A DNA stretch of 64,000 bases from an uncultured Gemmatimonadales bacterium (GTDB taxonomy: Bacteria; Gemmatimonadota; Gemmatimonadetes; Longimicrobiales; Gaopeijiaceae), in assembly GCA_963809895.1 (NCBI GenBank), contig CAWELD010000003.1, positions 3,584,001-3,648,000 on the forward strand. The letters run 5' to 3'. Positions within the stretch are counted from its first letter, which is position 1. Every line of letters starts with the position of its first letter. Position numbers and translations under genes: made by a program. Under the pieces are notes generated by a model. That model was not told the origin of the DNA. It worked only from the letters and a program-made list of their open reading frames with translations, and searched no databases. Of the stretch, positions 38,071-47,511 are shown piece by piece.

Positions 38071-40998
38071 ATGACCCTTCGAGTTCGTCGACTCACCTTG
38101 TGGCTCGGGACGCTGGCCGCCGTGCTCGCGGGCGCGGGGAGTCCCCTGAGCGCTCAGCAGCCCGGGGTGGTGCAAGGGAGGGTCACCTCCCAGGCCACCG
38201 GCCAGCCCATCTCGGGCGTCCAGGTCTACGTCGAGAATGAAGGCCTCGGCACCCTCAGCGATCAGGACGGGGTCTTCCACATCACCGGCGTGCCTGCCGG
38301 CGAGCACGTGATCGCCACGCAGCGCATCGGGTTCGGCCGGTCCAGCCAGACCGTGACGGTGCAGCCCGGCGCGACCGTGACCGTGAACTTCCTGCTCTCG
38401 GAGCAGGCCATGGAGCTGGACGCGCTCGTGGTCACCGGGCAGGGCTCGGAGATCTCGCGCCGGCGGCTGTCCACCAACATCGACGTCATCTCCAACGAGA
38501 AGATCGAGAACTCGCCGGCGACGCGTCTGGAGCAGCTCCTGCAGACCGAGTTGCCCTCGGTTCAGGTCCGGCTGTCCTCGGGGCAGCCCGGCTCCACCAC
38601 CGTGACCCGCGGCCGTGGCCCGGTCTCGGTGAGCCGCTCCACGACGCCGGTCATCTACGTCGACGGCGTCAGGGTGGACAACCTGAACACGCAGGCCGAG
38701 CTCTCGCTGAACACGTCGGGCGCCGCGCGCGAGGGGACGCAGACCTCCTCCATCGCCGACATCCCCCTGGAGAACATCGATCACATCGAGTACGTGCCCG
38801 GTGGCGCGGCGACGACGCTCTACGGATCGGACGCCGCCAACGGGGTCATCCAGATCTTCACCAAGAAGGGCTCTCCGGGACCCACGCGCCTCGTGGCAGA
38901 GACGGAGCTGGGTTGGGAGGGCCCCGTGACCAAGGCCTTCTTCTTCCCGCAGACCGCCGACCTGCTCTACCGGAAGGGTCTGACGCAGCAGTACCGGCTC
39001 TCGGGAAGCGGCGGCAACGACAACGTGACCTGGTCGTTCAGCGGCAGCATCCACGACCGTGAAGGCTACCGCATCGACAACAACGCCTCGCGCACCTACC
39101 AGGGCCGCACCGGCCTCACCGCGCGCATCACGGACAACCTCCGCTACGACGGCTCGTTCGGCTTCGGCTGGAACCACTACGACCGCACGCGCGACGGCAA
39201 CGCCGGTGGCTACACACCGCTGTGGCTGCTCGAGGGCGGCCGCATCTTCGCCCTGGGCTTCAACAACAAGCTCAACGAGATGAGCTCGTCGGAGCTCGAG
39301 GACCTGCGCTCCTTCCTCACCGAGGCCGAGCGGCTGGAGAACTACCAGATCCAGGTCACACGCTTCCAGCTCTCCAACACCTTCCGCTGGGACGCCCGGT
39401 CGGACCTGTCCTTCAACGCCACCGTGGGTCTGGACTCGCGCGTCAGCAACGAGCGCGGCATCGAGACCAACGAGTTCCTGGTCTTCACCGGCTCCTATCC
39501 AGAGGGGACCGACGATCGGGGCAGCATCCGGAGCTACGACCGCAAGTTCCTGGGCCTCACCATGGAAGGCGGCGGACAGTACCGCTTCGACCGGGGCCCG
39601 CTGTCGCTGGTCACCTCGGCGGGGGCCCAGCTCTTCCGCAACGAAGACGATCAGGCGGCGCGTATCGCGCTCAACGTCCGCGACGGGAGCGAGACGGTAC
39701 GCGGCGCCGGCAGCACGCAGGCCGACGACTACTTCCTGCAGCTCGTCAACTACGGCGTCTACGTTCAGCAGAACTGGGGCTTCTACGACCGCTACTTCCT
39801 GGACCTGGGGCTCCGGGCCGACGGCAACTCGGCCTTCGGTAAGGACGTGGGCCTCCAGTACTACCCGAAGGTCGGCGTCTCGTACGACATCGGCTCGGAG
39901 AGCTTCTTCCGGAACAACGTTCCCGAGAGCTTCATTTCCAGCCTGCGCCTGCGCAGCAACTACGGCGTGGCCGGCAACTTCCCGCCTCCGTTCTCACGTG
40001 ACCGCACGGTGAGCTTCGCCTCGTATCTGGGGCAGCAGACGGCGGGCTTCGGCCAGCCGGGGAACTCGGACCTGAAGCCGGAGAAGACCCACACCCTGGA
40101 GGTGGGCGGCGAGCTGCAGGCGCTCTCCAACCGCCTGACCTTCCAGTTCAACTGGTACAACGCCCGCACCAAGGACGCGCTCTTCCTGGTGCCCTCGGGC
40201 CCGTCGACGGGCGAGGGCGTGCAGATGCGCAACGTGGGTGAGATCGAGAACCGGGGCTTCGAGTTGCAGGCCGTGGGCGACCTCTACCGCAGCGACAAAT
40301 TCACGGCGCGCATCACGGCGTCGCTGAACACGCTCCACAACGAGGTCGTGGACGCCGGCGGCTCGCCGGTCTTCCAGATCAGCGGCTTCAGCTCCTCCAC
40401 GGTGCAGTCGGTAGTGAAGGAGGGCTGGCCGGTGGGTGCGCTGCGAGGCACGGCGTCGACGCTGAACCCCGACGGCACCATCAAGGAGACCAAGCTGCTC
40501 CAGTACCTGGGCAAGCCGCTGCCGGACAAGTTCGGCTCGCTGGGACTGGAGATGACCGTGGGCAGCCGGCTCAGCCTCAGGGCCGACGCCGACTGGCAGA
40601 CCGGTGCGCAGCTGCACTCGTTCAACCGCCAGTTCCGCTACCTCTACGGCATCGACGACCCCGAGCTACCCCCGGCGCTCCTGGAGCAGAATCCGGGGCC
40701 GATCCGCGGCAACTGGCTCAACCTCACGAACTTCTTCGTGGAGAACACCGACTACCTGCGCTTCCGCAACGTGTCGGCGGACTACCGGCTTCCCGAGAAT
40801 CTGATCTCGCGCTGGGCCGAGCAGGTGAACGTGGGCATCACGATCCAGAATCCCTTCGGCTGGTGGACCTCGTCGTTCGATCCGGAATCGGATCACTCGG
40901 GTGCGGCCAGCCAGGGCGCGGCCACGGTCGGCGGTTTCAACTACGCCAGCGACCCGGCACCGCGGACCTTCCTCGCCACCGTCCGCGTGCGGTTCTAG
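38071..40998 (+). CDS. SusC/RagA-like TonB-dependent receptor
   Basis: Signal peptide, carboxypeptidase-regulatory-like N-domain, PVIYVDGV, LYGSDAANGVIQIFTKKG, LKPEKT, C-terminal F. Confidence 0.93.
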   Translation: MTLRVRRLTLWLGTLAAVLAGAGSPLSAQQPGVVQGRVTSQATGQPISGVQVYVENEGLGTLSDQDGVFHITGVPAGEHVIATQRIGFGRSSQTVTVQPGATVTVNFLLSEQAMELDALVVTGQGSEISRRRLSTNIDVISNEKIENSPATRLEQLLQTELPSVQVRLSSGQPGSTTVTRGRGPVSVSRSTTPVIYVDGVRVDNLNTQAELSLNTSGAAREGTQTSSIADIPLENIDHIEYVPGGAATTLYGSDAANGVIQIFTKKGSPGPTRLVAETELGWEGPVTKAFFFPQTADLLYRKGLTQQYRLSGSGGNDNVTWSFSGSIHDREGYRIDNNASRTYQGRTGLTARITDNLRYDGSFGFGWNHYDRTRDGNAGGYTPLWLLEGGRIFALGFNNKLNEMSSSELEDLRSFLTEAERLENYQIQVTRFQLSNTFRWDARSDLSFNATVGLDSRVSNERGIETNEFLVFTGSYPEGTDDRGSIRSYDRKFLGLTMEGGGQYRFDRGPLSLVTSAGAQLFRNEDDQAARIALNVRDGSETVRGAGSTQADDYFLQLVNYGVYVQQNWGFYDRYFLDLGLRADGNSAFGKDVGLQYYPKVGVSYDIGSESFFRNNVPESFISSLRLRSNYGVAGNFPPPFSRDRTVSFASYLGQQTAGFGQPGNSDLKPEKTHTLEVGGELQALSNRLTFQFNWYNARTKDALFLVPSGPSTGEGVQMRNVGEIENRGFELQAVGDLYRSDKFTARITASLNTLHNEVVDAGGSPVFQISGFSSSTVQSVVKEGWPVGALRGTASTLNPDGTIKETKLLQYLGKPLPDKFGSLGLEMTVGSRLSLRADADWQTGAQLHSFNRQFRYLYGIDDPELPPALLEQNPGPIRGNWLNLTNFFVENTDYLRFRNVSADYRLPENLISRWAEQVNVGITIQNPFGWWTSSFDPESDHSGAASQGAATVGGFNYASDPAPRTFLATVRVRF

Positions 40999-41007
40999 GA
41001 GGTGATC

Positions 41008-42489
41008 ATGCGACTCTCTGACTTCCACAACCGGGCCGCGACCATGGGCAAGCGACTGAGCCTCCTTCTGACCCTCTCCGCCATGCTCGCCGTGAGCGGG
41101 TGTGACTTCCTCGATCCCACAGGCGTGGACAATCCCACGGTTACCGAAGGCACCTTCACCAACACGCCCAACGCCGCGGCCTCCTGGACGCGGGGCGTGG
41201 AGCGGCAGCTCGCCGCCACGGTGGACGAGGTGGTGATCGGTACCGAGGTGGTTTCCGACAACGTCTTCAACAACCGCACGCTGTTCAGCAAAGTCTTCGA
41301 CATTCCCCAGCTCGACGCGTCGGACTTCGACGTCACCAACATCCAGGAGGAGATCCACCGGCTGCGCGAGATGGCCGACCAGGGCCTGAACGTGATTCTT
41401 CCCGCCGACGAATCGGCCACCGACGAGATGACGGCGCAGCTCCACTTCGACCGCGCCTACGCCTACCTGCTGGCAGGTGAGCTCTTCGTGGCGCTGCCGG
41501 CCGAAGCCGACGGTCCGGCGGTGTCGCCGGCCGACAACCTGGCGTCGGCGGTGGAGGACTTCCAGATGGCGGCCAACATGTCGTCCGACGCGACGCTGTC
41601 GGCGGCGGCGACGTTGGGCGTGGCCCGCGCGCAGTACGACGCGGGCAACATGTCGGCGGCGGTGGCCGCGGCGCAGCAGGTGAAGTCCATGGCGCCCGAC
41701 CTGGTCCGCATGGTCCAGTACGACAACGTGGACGGTCCCACCAACAGCATGCAGTTCGCCGTCTACGACTCGCCCTTCGGCGACGAGTTCCAGCCGCTGC
41801 CGCGCCTCGACTTCCTGTTCCCGAAGTACTACAGCGAAGCGGTGGGCGATCAGAGCCCCATCGCCATCATGAAGAGCGAAGAGGCGTATCTGATCATCGC
41901 CGAGGCGGCCGTGGCCGGCGGTGACGTGACGGGTGCTCGCAACGAGCTGCTCGATCTGCTGGACCTGGTGGCATCGCGCCCCACGGCCATGATCGACGAC
42001 CGCGGCCAGGCCCGCGGGCGTGTGGGCGGCACCTGGATCTATCCCAACGACGCCAGCATCGCCGTGGCGGCGAGCCCCGGCGCCGAGCCCCGTGAGGGCC
42101 TGGTGCTGACGCGGAGTGAAGGCCTGGTGGAGGTTCCCACGGTGTCCGGCACCTCGGTGACGGCGGACATGCTCAACGCCGCCACCACCGTCGATGACAT
42201 GCTCTACCTGGTCTACCTCATGCGCCAGGAGATCTTCGTCCTCGAGGGACGCCGCATGACCGACCTGGGCATCCGCCTGCCCGTGGCGCTGAACGAGGCG
42301 CTCTCGAATCCCAACATCAGCGAGGGCGATCCGGCGCTGACGGCGCAGCTCCCGTCCTTCATTCCGCTGGACTACGGCCTCGACGCCTTCGACTACGAGG
42401 ACGGCGATCAGCTCGCGGTGATCCACAACGACATGAACGCGGTCATCGTGGCGAACAAGAGCTCCAGCGCGGTGGTGCCGTTCTTCTGA
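41008..42489 (+). CDS. SusD/RagB-like lipoprotein
   Basis: Lipobox LAVSGC; follows SusC-like gene; EAYLIIAEA and EIFVLEGRRMTD motifs. Confidence 0.8.
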   Translation: MRLSDFHNRAATMGKRLSLLLTLSAMLAVSGCDFLDPTGVDNPTVTEGTFTNTPNAAASWTRGVERQLAATVDEVVIGTEVVSDNVFNNRTLFSKVFDIPQLDASDFDVTNIQEEIHRLREMADQGLNVILPADESATDEMTAQLHFDRAYAYLLAGELFVALPAEADGPAVSPADNLASAVEDFQMAANMSSDATLSAAATLGVARAQYDAGNMSAAVAAAQQVKSMAPDLVRMVQYDNVDGPTNSMQFAVYDSPFGDEFQPLPRLDFLFPKYYSEAVGDQSPIAIMKSEEAYLIIAEAAVAGGDVTGARNELLDLLDLVASRPTAMIDDRGQARGRVGGTWIYPNDASIAVAASPGAEPREGLVLTRSEGLVEVPTVSGTSVTADMLNAATTVDDMLYLVYLMRQEIFVLEGRRMTDLGIRLPVALNEALSNPNISEGDPALTAQLPSFIPLDYGLDAFDYEDGDQLAVIHNDMNAVIVANKSSSAVVPFF

Positions 42490-42971
42490 TGAGCGAGCGG
42501 CACGGGCCGTAGCGCCGAGAGGCGCGCCGGGCGACCGGGCTGGTTGCCGGCGGGCGCCGCTGGCGGGCGGCCGATCGTGGCCGCCGAGTGGCGGGAACGG
42601 CGGCGGGGCGGCCGGTTGTGGCCGCCCGGAGTGGCCGCCGGTGATGGCCGCCGGTGAAGGACGGCGGTGGCGGCCGCCGAGCGAGACAGGTGCCCCCTTC
42701 CGAGAGGAAGGTGGGCCGACCGGAGGGGTTTCTGCGGCGGCGGGCCGTGGGGGCCCCTTCGGTGCGTTCGGGGGTGGTGCGGGGGGGTGGCGGCGGGGGC
42801 GGATGGTGCCGGGGCGGGATGGTGCCGGGGCGGATGGCGCCGTGCCGGGTCGCGCCGGCCAGCGACCGAGGCCGCCCCCTCCCCGTACGTCGCTCCGACG
42901 GGGGTCGGCGCGCCGGACCTCGGCGAGCGGCCGTCCCGCTGCTGGCGCGCTGGGCGGACGTCGCTCCGGTT

Positions 42972-43740
42972 CCACTGGAGCCCCCCAGAACGGCGATTCG
43001 TCGATTCGACTCGCCGAGCGAGTCAAAGTCGACAGAGGGTTCCGAGCGCCAACCGCGACCCGACGAGTTCAACTCGCTCAGCGAGTTCTATTCGCAAACC
43101 GTTCGAAAACCATGCTCCAGTGGTCGGGTTTGACTCGGGGTCTGGAGGAGCGTCGTCGCCGGCCGCAATGGCGTCGGCCGTCTCCCAGTGCAGTGTCCGA
43201 CTCGGCGTGCGTCAGATCGCCTCCGCCAGCCCGACATCGCGCTCCCGTGCCGCTCACGGCGACGCCAGCGTCCGCCGCCGCCTGCGATATCGCCTTAAGC
43301 GCAGCCGCGGGCCTCCACCCCGCATGTCGCTACGGTGACATTCGAGCCCTCCGAGACTGGCGATTTGCCAATTCAACTCGCTGAGCGAGTCGAAATCGAC
43401 AAGGGTGCTGGGCGCCAACCTCGATTCGCCAATTCAACTCGCTCAGCGAGTTCTATTGGTAAACCGTTCGAAAACCATGCTCCAGTGGTCGAGTTTGACT
43501 CGGTGTCTGGAGGAGCGAGGTCGCCGGCCGCCATGGCATCGGCCGCTCCATGCCGCCCACAACGTCGCCAGCCTCCGCCCGACCGACATCGCGCTCCCGT
43601 GCCCGCTCACAACGTCGCCCGCCTCCGCCGGCCCGACATCGCACTCCCATGCCGCTCACAACGTCGCCAGCCTCCGCCCGCCCGACGTCGCCGCTCGCCG
43701 GCCGCTCACGACGACGCCGCCCCTGCCGGCCCGACGCCGC
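42972..43740. repeat. ~365-bp tandem duplication, each unit with two ACTCGC-N3-GCGAGT palindromes, ending in ~49-bp tandem repeats
   Basis: AACTCGCTCAGCGAGTTCTATT..AAACCGTTCGAAAACCATGCTCCAGTGGTCG at 43071 and 43436; CAACGTCGCCAGCCTCCGCC..CGACATCGC units at ~43555-43720. Confidence 0.85.
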
Positions 43741-43787
43741 ACTCCCCTGCCGCCGCCCCCTCGACCGACCGCTCACTCGCCCATCGC

Positions 43788-43854
43788 CCTTGACACCTCA
43801 AAACCTGAGGGCAACCTTCTGGGCGTGCCATACCCTCAAAACCTGATGTCAAGG
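43788..43854 (+). promoter_or_regulatory. Promoter with two operators upstream of PadR #3
   Basis: TTGACA at 43790; CCTCA-AAACC-TGAGG (43796-43810) and CCTCA-AAACC-TGATG (43834-43848). Confidence 0.72.
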
Positions 43855-43972
43855 GATGGGCCCCACCGTCCGCTCCGGCGCGAACCGAACGCCCACCCCA
43901 ACGACTCGACCCGAACGAACTTCCGCTGGCCCACGACCCGCCCCCACATCCCCCCGACCCGCAACCGCACAC

Positions 43973-44485
43973 ATGGACCTTCTGCGCGGCACCCTCGACA
44001 CCCTGATCCTCCAGGCCCTCGAAGCCGGGCCCGTGCACGGGTACGGGATCGCCGACTGGATCCGGCGCGTGACCGACGAGGCGCTGCAGGTGGAGGACGG
44101 CGCCCTGTACGCGTCGCTCCACCGCCTGCGGGACCGGGGCTATCTCGCGGCCGAATGGGGCGTCTCCGATAAGGGACGCCGGGCCAAGTTCTACCGGCTC
44201 ACCCCCAGCGGCCGCGAGGAGCTGACGCGCAGCCAGGCCCACTGGGCACGCTACGCCAAGGCAGTGGAGAAGGTCTTCCGGGCGGGGGGCGCAGCCGGGA
44301 CCGCGGCGGCCGCCGGCGCGGCAGGAGGCGCTGGCAGCGGCGGCGCGACGGGGGCCGGCCCAACCGGCGGCGCCACCGGGGCCGCCCCAATCGGCGGCAG
44401 GACCGGGGCGGCCCCAACCGGCGACCCGGCCGCGAGCGGGCCCGCCGGCCCGCCCGGAAACCCCACCGGAGACGCAGCCCCGTGA
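43973..44485 (+). CDS. PadR family regulator #3 (acidobacterial type) with Gly/Ala/Thr repeat tail
   Basis: MDLLRGTLDTLIL..HGYGIA..GALYASLHRL..EWGVSDKGRRAKFYRLT; tail encoded by three 27-bp repeats (44342-44422). Confidence 0.92.
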   Translation: MDLLRGTLDTLILQALEAGPVHGYGIADWIRRVTDEALQVEDGALYASLHRLRDRGYLAAEWGVSDKGRRAKFYRLTPSGREELTRSQAHWARYAKAVEKVFRAGGAAGTAAAAGAAGGAGSGGATGAGPTGGATGAAPIGGRTGAAPTGDPAASGPAGPPGNPTGDAAP

Positions 44486-47187
44486 CCCGGCGGCTGGACC
44501 CGTCCCTGTCGAAGGACCCCCGCCGCCGTGTGCAGGAGGAGGTGGACGCGGAGATCCAATCCCACTTCGAGGGCACGGTGGATCTCCTGGTGGCGCGCGG
44601 CATGACCGAAGAAGAAGCCCGGGCCGAAGCGCGCCGACGCTTCGGCGATCCGGCCGAGCACCGCAGGCGCATCGCGCGCCTGGACCACAGGCGGATGACG
44701 AGGAGGCGGACGATGGAGTGGATTCAGGGAGTGCGCAGCGGTGTCGGCCAGGCCTTCCGGGGGATGGCCCGGAGTCCGGGATTCGCCGTGGCGGTGGTAC
44801 TCACCCTCGCCCTGGGGATCGGTGCCAACAGCACCATGTTCGGGGTCATCGACAGGCTCCTCCTGCGGGCGCCGTCGGGCATCGAGCACCCTGACGAAGT
44901 GCGCAACGTCTGGCTCCAGCGTCGCTTCGAGGAAGGAGGCGCCCAGGCGACGCTTCGCGCGGTGACCTGGCCCGACGTGCAGGACCTCGTGGCCATCGAT
45001 GCCTTCCAGGACGTGGCGGCCTGGTCCACGGGCAACGAGATGACCCTGGGCGAGGGAGAAGGCGCCGAGCGCATCCGGGTGACCATCGCCACCGCCAGTC
45101 TCTTCCGCATGCTCGGTGCGACCCCGCGCATCGGACGCTTCTACACCACCGACGAAGACGCCGTGGGAGCCCCGGCCACGGTCGTCCTGTCCTACGAGTT
45201 CTGGCGCCGGCGCTTCGGGGCCGATCCCGGCGTGCTCGGCCGCGTGCTCCATCTCGGCGACGGCCGCTACCAGGTGATCGGGGTGGCCGAGCCGGGATTC
45301 ACCGGGGCCGACCTGGAGGTCACCGACGCCTGGATCCCCCTGTGGCAGGGCGGCACGGCCGAGATGGGGGATTCCTGGTACGACAGCCGAGGCTGGTGGT
45401 GGCTCGAGGCCGCCGTGCGTCTCGCCCCGAACGTCTCCGACGAGGCCGCCGCGGCCCAGGCCACCGCCGCACACCGGGCGGCCCGAGCCGACAGCCGTGG
45501 CTACTACGATCCGCAGGCCAAGCTCGTCCTGGCGCCTGTGGTGCGCGGCCGCAGCCCCGAGCTGAACGCCGAGGACCGGGTCGCCCGCTGGCTGGCCGGC
45601 GTTGCGCTCCTGGTGCTCCTGGTGGCCTGCGCCAACGTGGCGAACCTGCACCTGGCCCGGGCCGTGGGACGCCAGCGCGAGATCGCCGTGCGCACGGCTC
45701 TCGGGGGATCCCGTCGCGGCCTCGTCGCCCACTTCCTCGGTGAGACCACGGTGCTGGCGCTGGTGGCCGGGGCCATCGCCGTGGGGATTGCGGTCCTGGG
45801 CACCCGCGTGCTCTTTCCGGCGCTGCTTCCCGAGGTCGCCCCGGGACGCGTCGCCAGCATCCGTCTCTTCCTCTTCACCGCCGGCGCAGCGCTGCTGGCC
45901 TCGCTCCTGGCAGGCCTCCTCCCTGCTCTGCGTGCGAGCCGCATCGATCCGGCGCCCTCGCTTCGAGACGGCGGCCGCACCGCCACCCGCCACGGGAGTC
46001 GTCTGCAGGAGGCGCTGGTCATGGCACAGGCAGCGCTGTCCGCCATCCTCCTGGTCGGCGCCGGACTCTTCCTGGCCAGCCTGCGCCACGCCGGCGCCGT
46101 CGATCTCGGCTTCGACGCCGACCAGGTGGCGTGGGTGAAGCTGGAGCGCACCGAGGCGGACCCCTCGGCATCGGACGACGAGCGCGCGACCACGCCCGAG
46201 GTGTACGCGCGGATCGAAACGGCCCTCGACCGCCTGCCGGGCGTGGAAGTCGCCGCCCGCACCGTGACCGCACCCTTCGGCCTGAGCTTCGGCCTCCCGG
46301 TGCGCGTACCGGGCATGGACTCCGCGCCCCGTCTTCCGTCGGGGCCGCCCACGCTCTCGTCCGCGTCGCCCGACTATTTCCGGGCCATGGGCCAGCAGGT
46401 GCTCGCCGGCCGGGCCTTCACCGACACCGACCTGGGCGAGTCCGCGGAGCCCGTGGTGATCGTCAATCAGGTGATGGCCGAGCACGTCTGGCCCGACAGC
46501 GACCCGCTGAGCGGCTGCGTCCAGGTCGGCGGCGCCGACAGCCCGTGCTCCCGGGTCGTCGGCGTGGTCGAGAACACGACCTGGAGCAACCTGGGCGAGG
46601 ACCCCCGCATGATGCTGTGGGTGCCTCTGATGTCGGCCAGACTCCGCGGCGTGGGCGGACTGGTGGTCCGCACCGTCGGTCCCCCGGCCGAGCAAGCCGA
46701 GGCCATCCGACGGGAGATCCGGGCCGTGGAACCATCGACCCGCTACGTCGCCGTGGAACCGCTGGCCGACCGGGTGGGGGCCAAAGTGCGCTCCTGGCGG
46801 CTGGGCGCGAGCCTGTTCGGCGCCTTCGGCCTGCTCGCCGTGCTGGTGGCCGGCATCGGCATGTACGGGCTGCTGTCCTTCGACGTGGCCCGGCGCGACT
46901 TCGAGATCGGAGTGCGGCGCGCGCTCGGTGCCTCGGAGGGATCCCTCATCGGCGGTGTCCTGCTGCGGGCGCTACGCGCGGTGGCGATCGGCGCCGGCGC
47001 GGGACTCGTGGTGGCGGTGTGGGCCAGTCCCCGCATCGCGCCCCTGCTGTTCCAGACCTCACCGCGCGATTCCGGGGTGTTCCTGACCTCGGGGCTCGTC
47101 CTGCTGATCGTGGGGATTGCCGCCGCCGGAATCCCCGCGCTCCGTGCCGCGCGCGTGGATCCCATGGAGGCGCTGCGCGCGGAGTAA
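44482..47187 (+). CDS. Orphan duplicated MacB-like ABC permease (ADOP-type) #3 with N-terminal prefix domain
   Basis: GTGA overlap; EVDAEIQSH..GMTEEEARAEARRRFGD; TLALGIGANSTMF; VACANVANL; RVDPMEALRAE. Confidence 0.93.
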   Translation: MTRRLDPSLSKDPRRRVQEEVDAEIQSHFEGTVDLLVARGMTEEEARAEARRRFGDPAEHRRRIARLDHRRMTRRRTMEWIQGVRSGVGQAFRGMARSPGFAVAVVLTLALGIGANSTMFGVIDRLLLRAPSGIEHPDEVRNVWLQRRFEEGGAQATLRAVTWPDVQDLVAIDAFQDVAAWSTGNEMTLGEGEGAERIRVTIATASLFRMLGATPRIGRFYTTDEDAVGAPATVVLSYEFWRRRFGADPGVLGRVLHLGDGRYQVIGVAEPGFTGADLEVTDAWIPLWQGGTAEMGDSWYDSRGWWWLEAAVRLAPNVSDEAAAAQATAAHRAARADSRGYYDPQAKLVLAPVVRGRSPELNAEDRVARWLAGVALLVLLVACANVANLHLARAVGRQREIAVRTALGGSRRGLVAHFLGETTVLALVAGAIAVGIAVLGTRVLFPALLPEVAPGRVASIRLFLFTAGAALLASLLAGLLPALRASRIDPAPSLRDGGRTATRHGSRLQEALVMAQAALSAILLVGAGLFLASLRHAGAVDLGFDADQVAWVKLERTEADPSASDDERATTPEVYARIETALDRLPGVEVAARTVTAPFGLSFGLPVRVPGMDSAPRLPSGPPTLSSASPDYFRAMGQQVLAGRAFTDTDLGESAEPVVIVNQVMAEHVWPDSDPLSGCVQVGGADSPCSRVVGVVENTTWSNLGEDPRMMLWVPLMSARLRGVGGLVVRTVGPPAEQAEAIRREIRAVEPSTRYVAVEPLADRVGAKVRSWRLGASLFGAFGLLAVLVAGIGMYGLLSFDVARRDFEIGVRRALGASEGSLIGGVLLRALRAVAIGAGAGLVVAVWASPRIAPLLFQTSPRDSGVFLTSGLVLLIVGIAAAGIPALRAARVDPMEALRAE

Positions 47188-47198
47188 GAGGCGGTGCC

Positions 47199-47363
47199 TT
47201 GGAGCGGGCGAAGGTGCGGTTCGGGCTGGCCGATGGGCCCTGGGTCGTGGGTTGCTACGAGGCGGGGAGGAAAGGCTCCTGGCCGCACCGGTTGCTGGCG
47301 TCGAAGGGGATCGAGAACCGGGTGGTGGACGCCGCGAGCATCGAGGTGAGCCGGCCAGAGTGA
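47199..47363 (+). pseudogene. IS110-family transposase N-terminal fragment
   Basis: Translates LERAKVRFGLADGPWVVGCYEAGRKGSWPHRLLASKGIENRVVDAASIEVSR*, matching the CYEAG..G.W..R.L...GI.N.VVD..SIEV stretch of IS110 DEDD domains. Confidence 0.75.
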
Positions 47364-47447
47364 CGCCAGTTGCCGCGCACGTCGCAGGCTTCGGCACTCC
47401 AGAAGGTCTGACAGCGGTCGTTTCACCTGCGCCACGATTGCGAAGTA

Positions 47448-47506
47448 TTGTGTGGAGTCTGGGCGCAGCTTAAGATTAAACGCCCCCCCTCCACCTCTTG
47501 TGGAGG
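47448..47506 (+). promoter_or_regulatory. Sigma70-like promoter plus hairpin covering the RBS
   Basis: TTGTGT-17-TAAGAT; CCTCCAC-CTCTT-GTGGAGG (47488-47506); both retained in the second copy (49627-49684). Confidence 0.65.
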
Positions 47507-47511
47507 TACCG

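Noticed and set aside
43550..43740. CRISPR array
   Set aside because: Units are head-to-tail without unique spacers, and there are no cas genes in the window.
42490..43970. Protein-coding ORFs in the 1.5-kb interval after the SusD-like gene
   Set aside because: Low-complexity translations derived from repeats, with no convincing RBS or motif.
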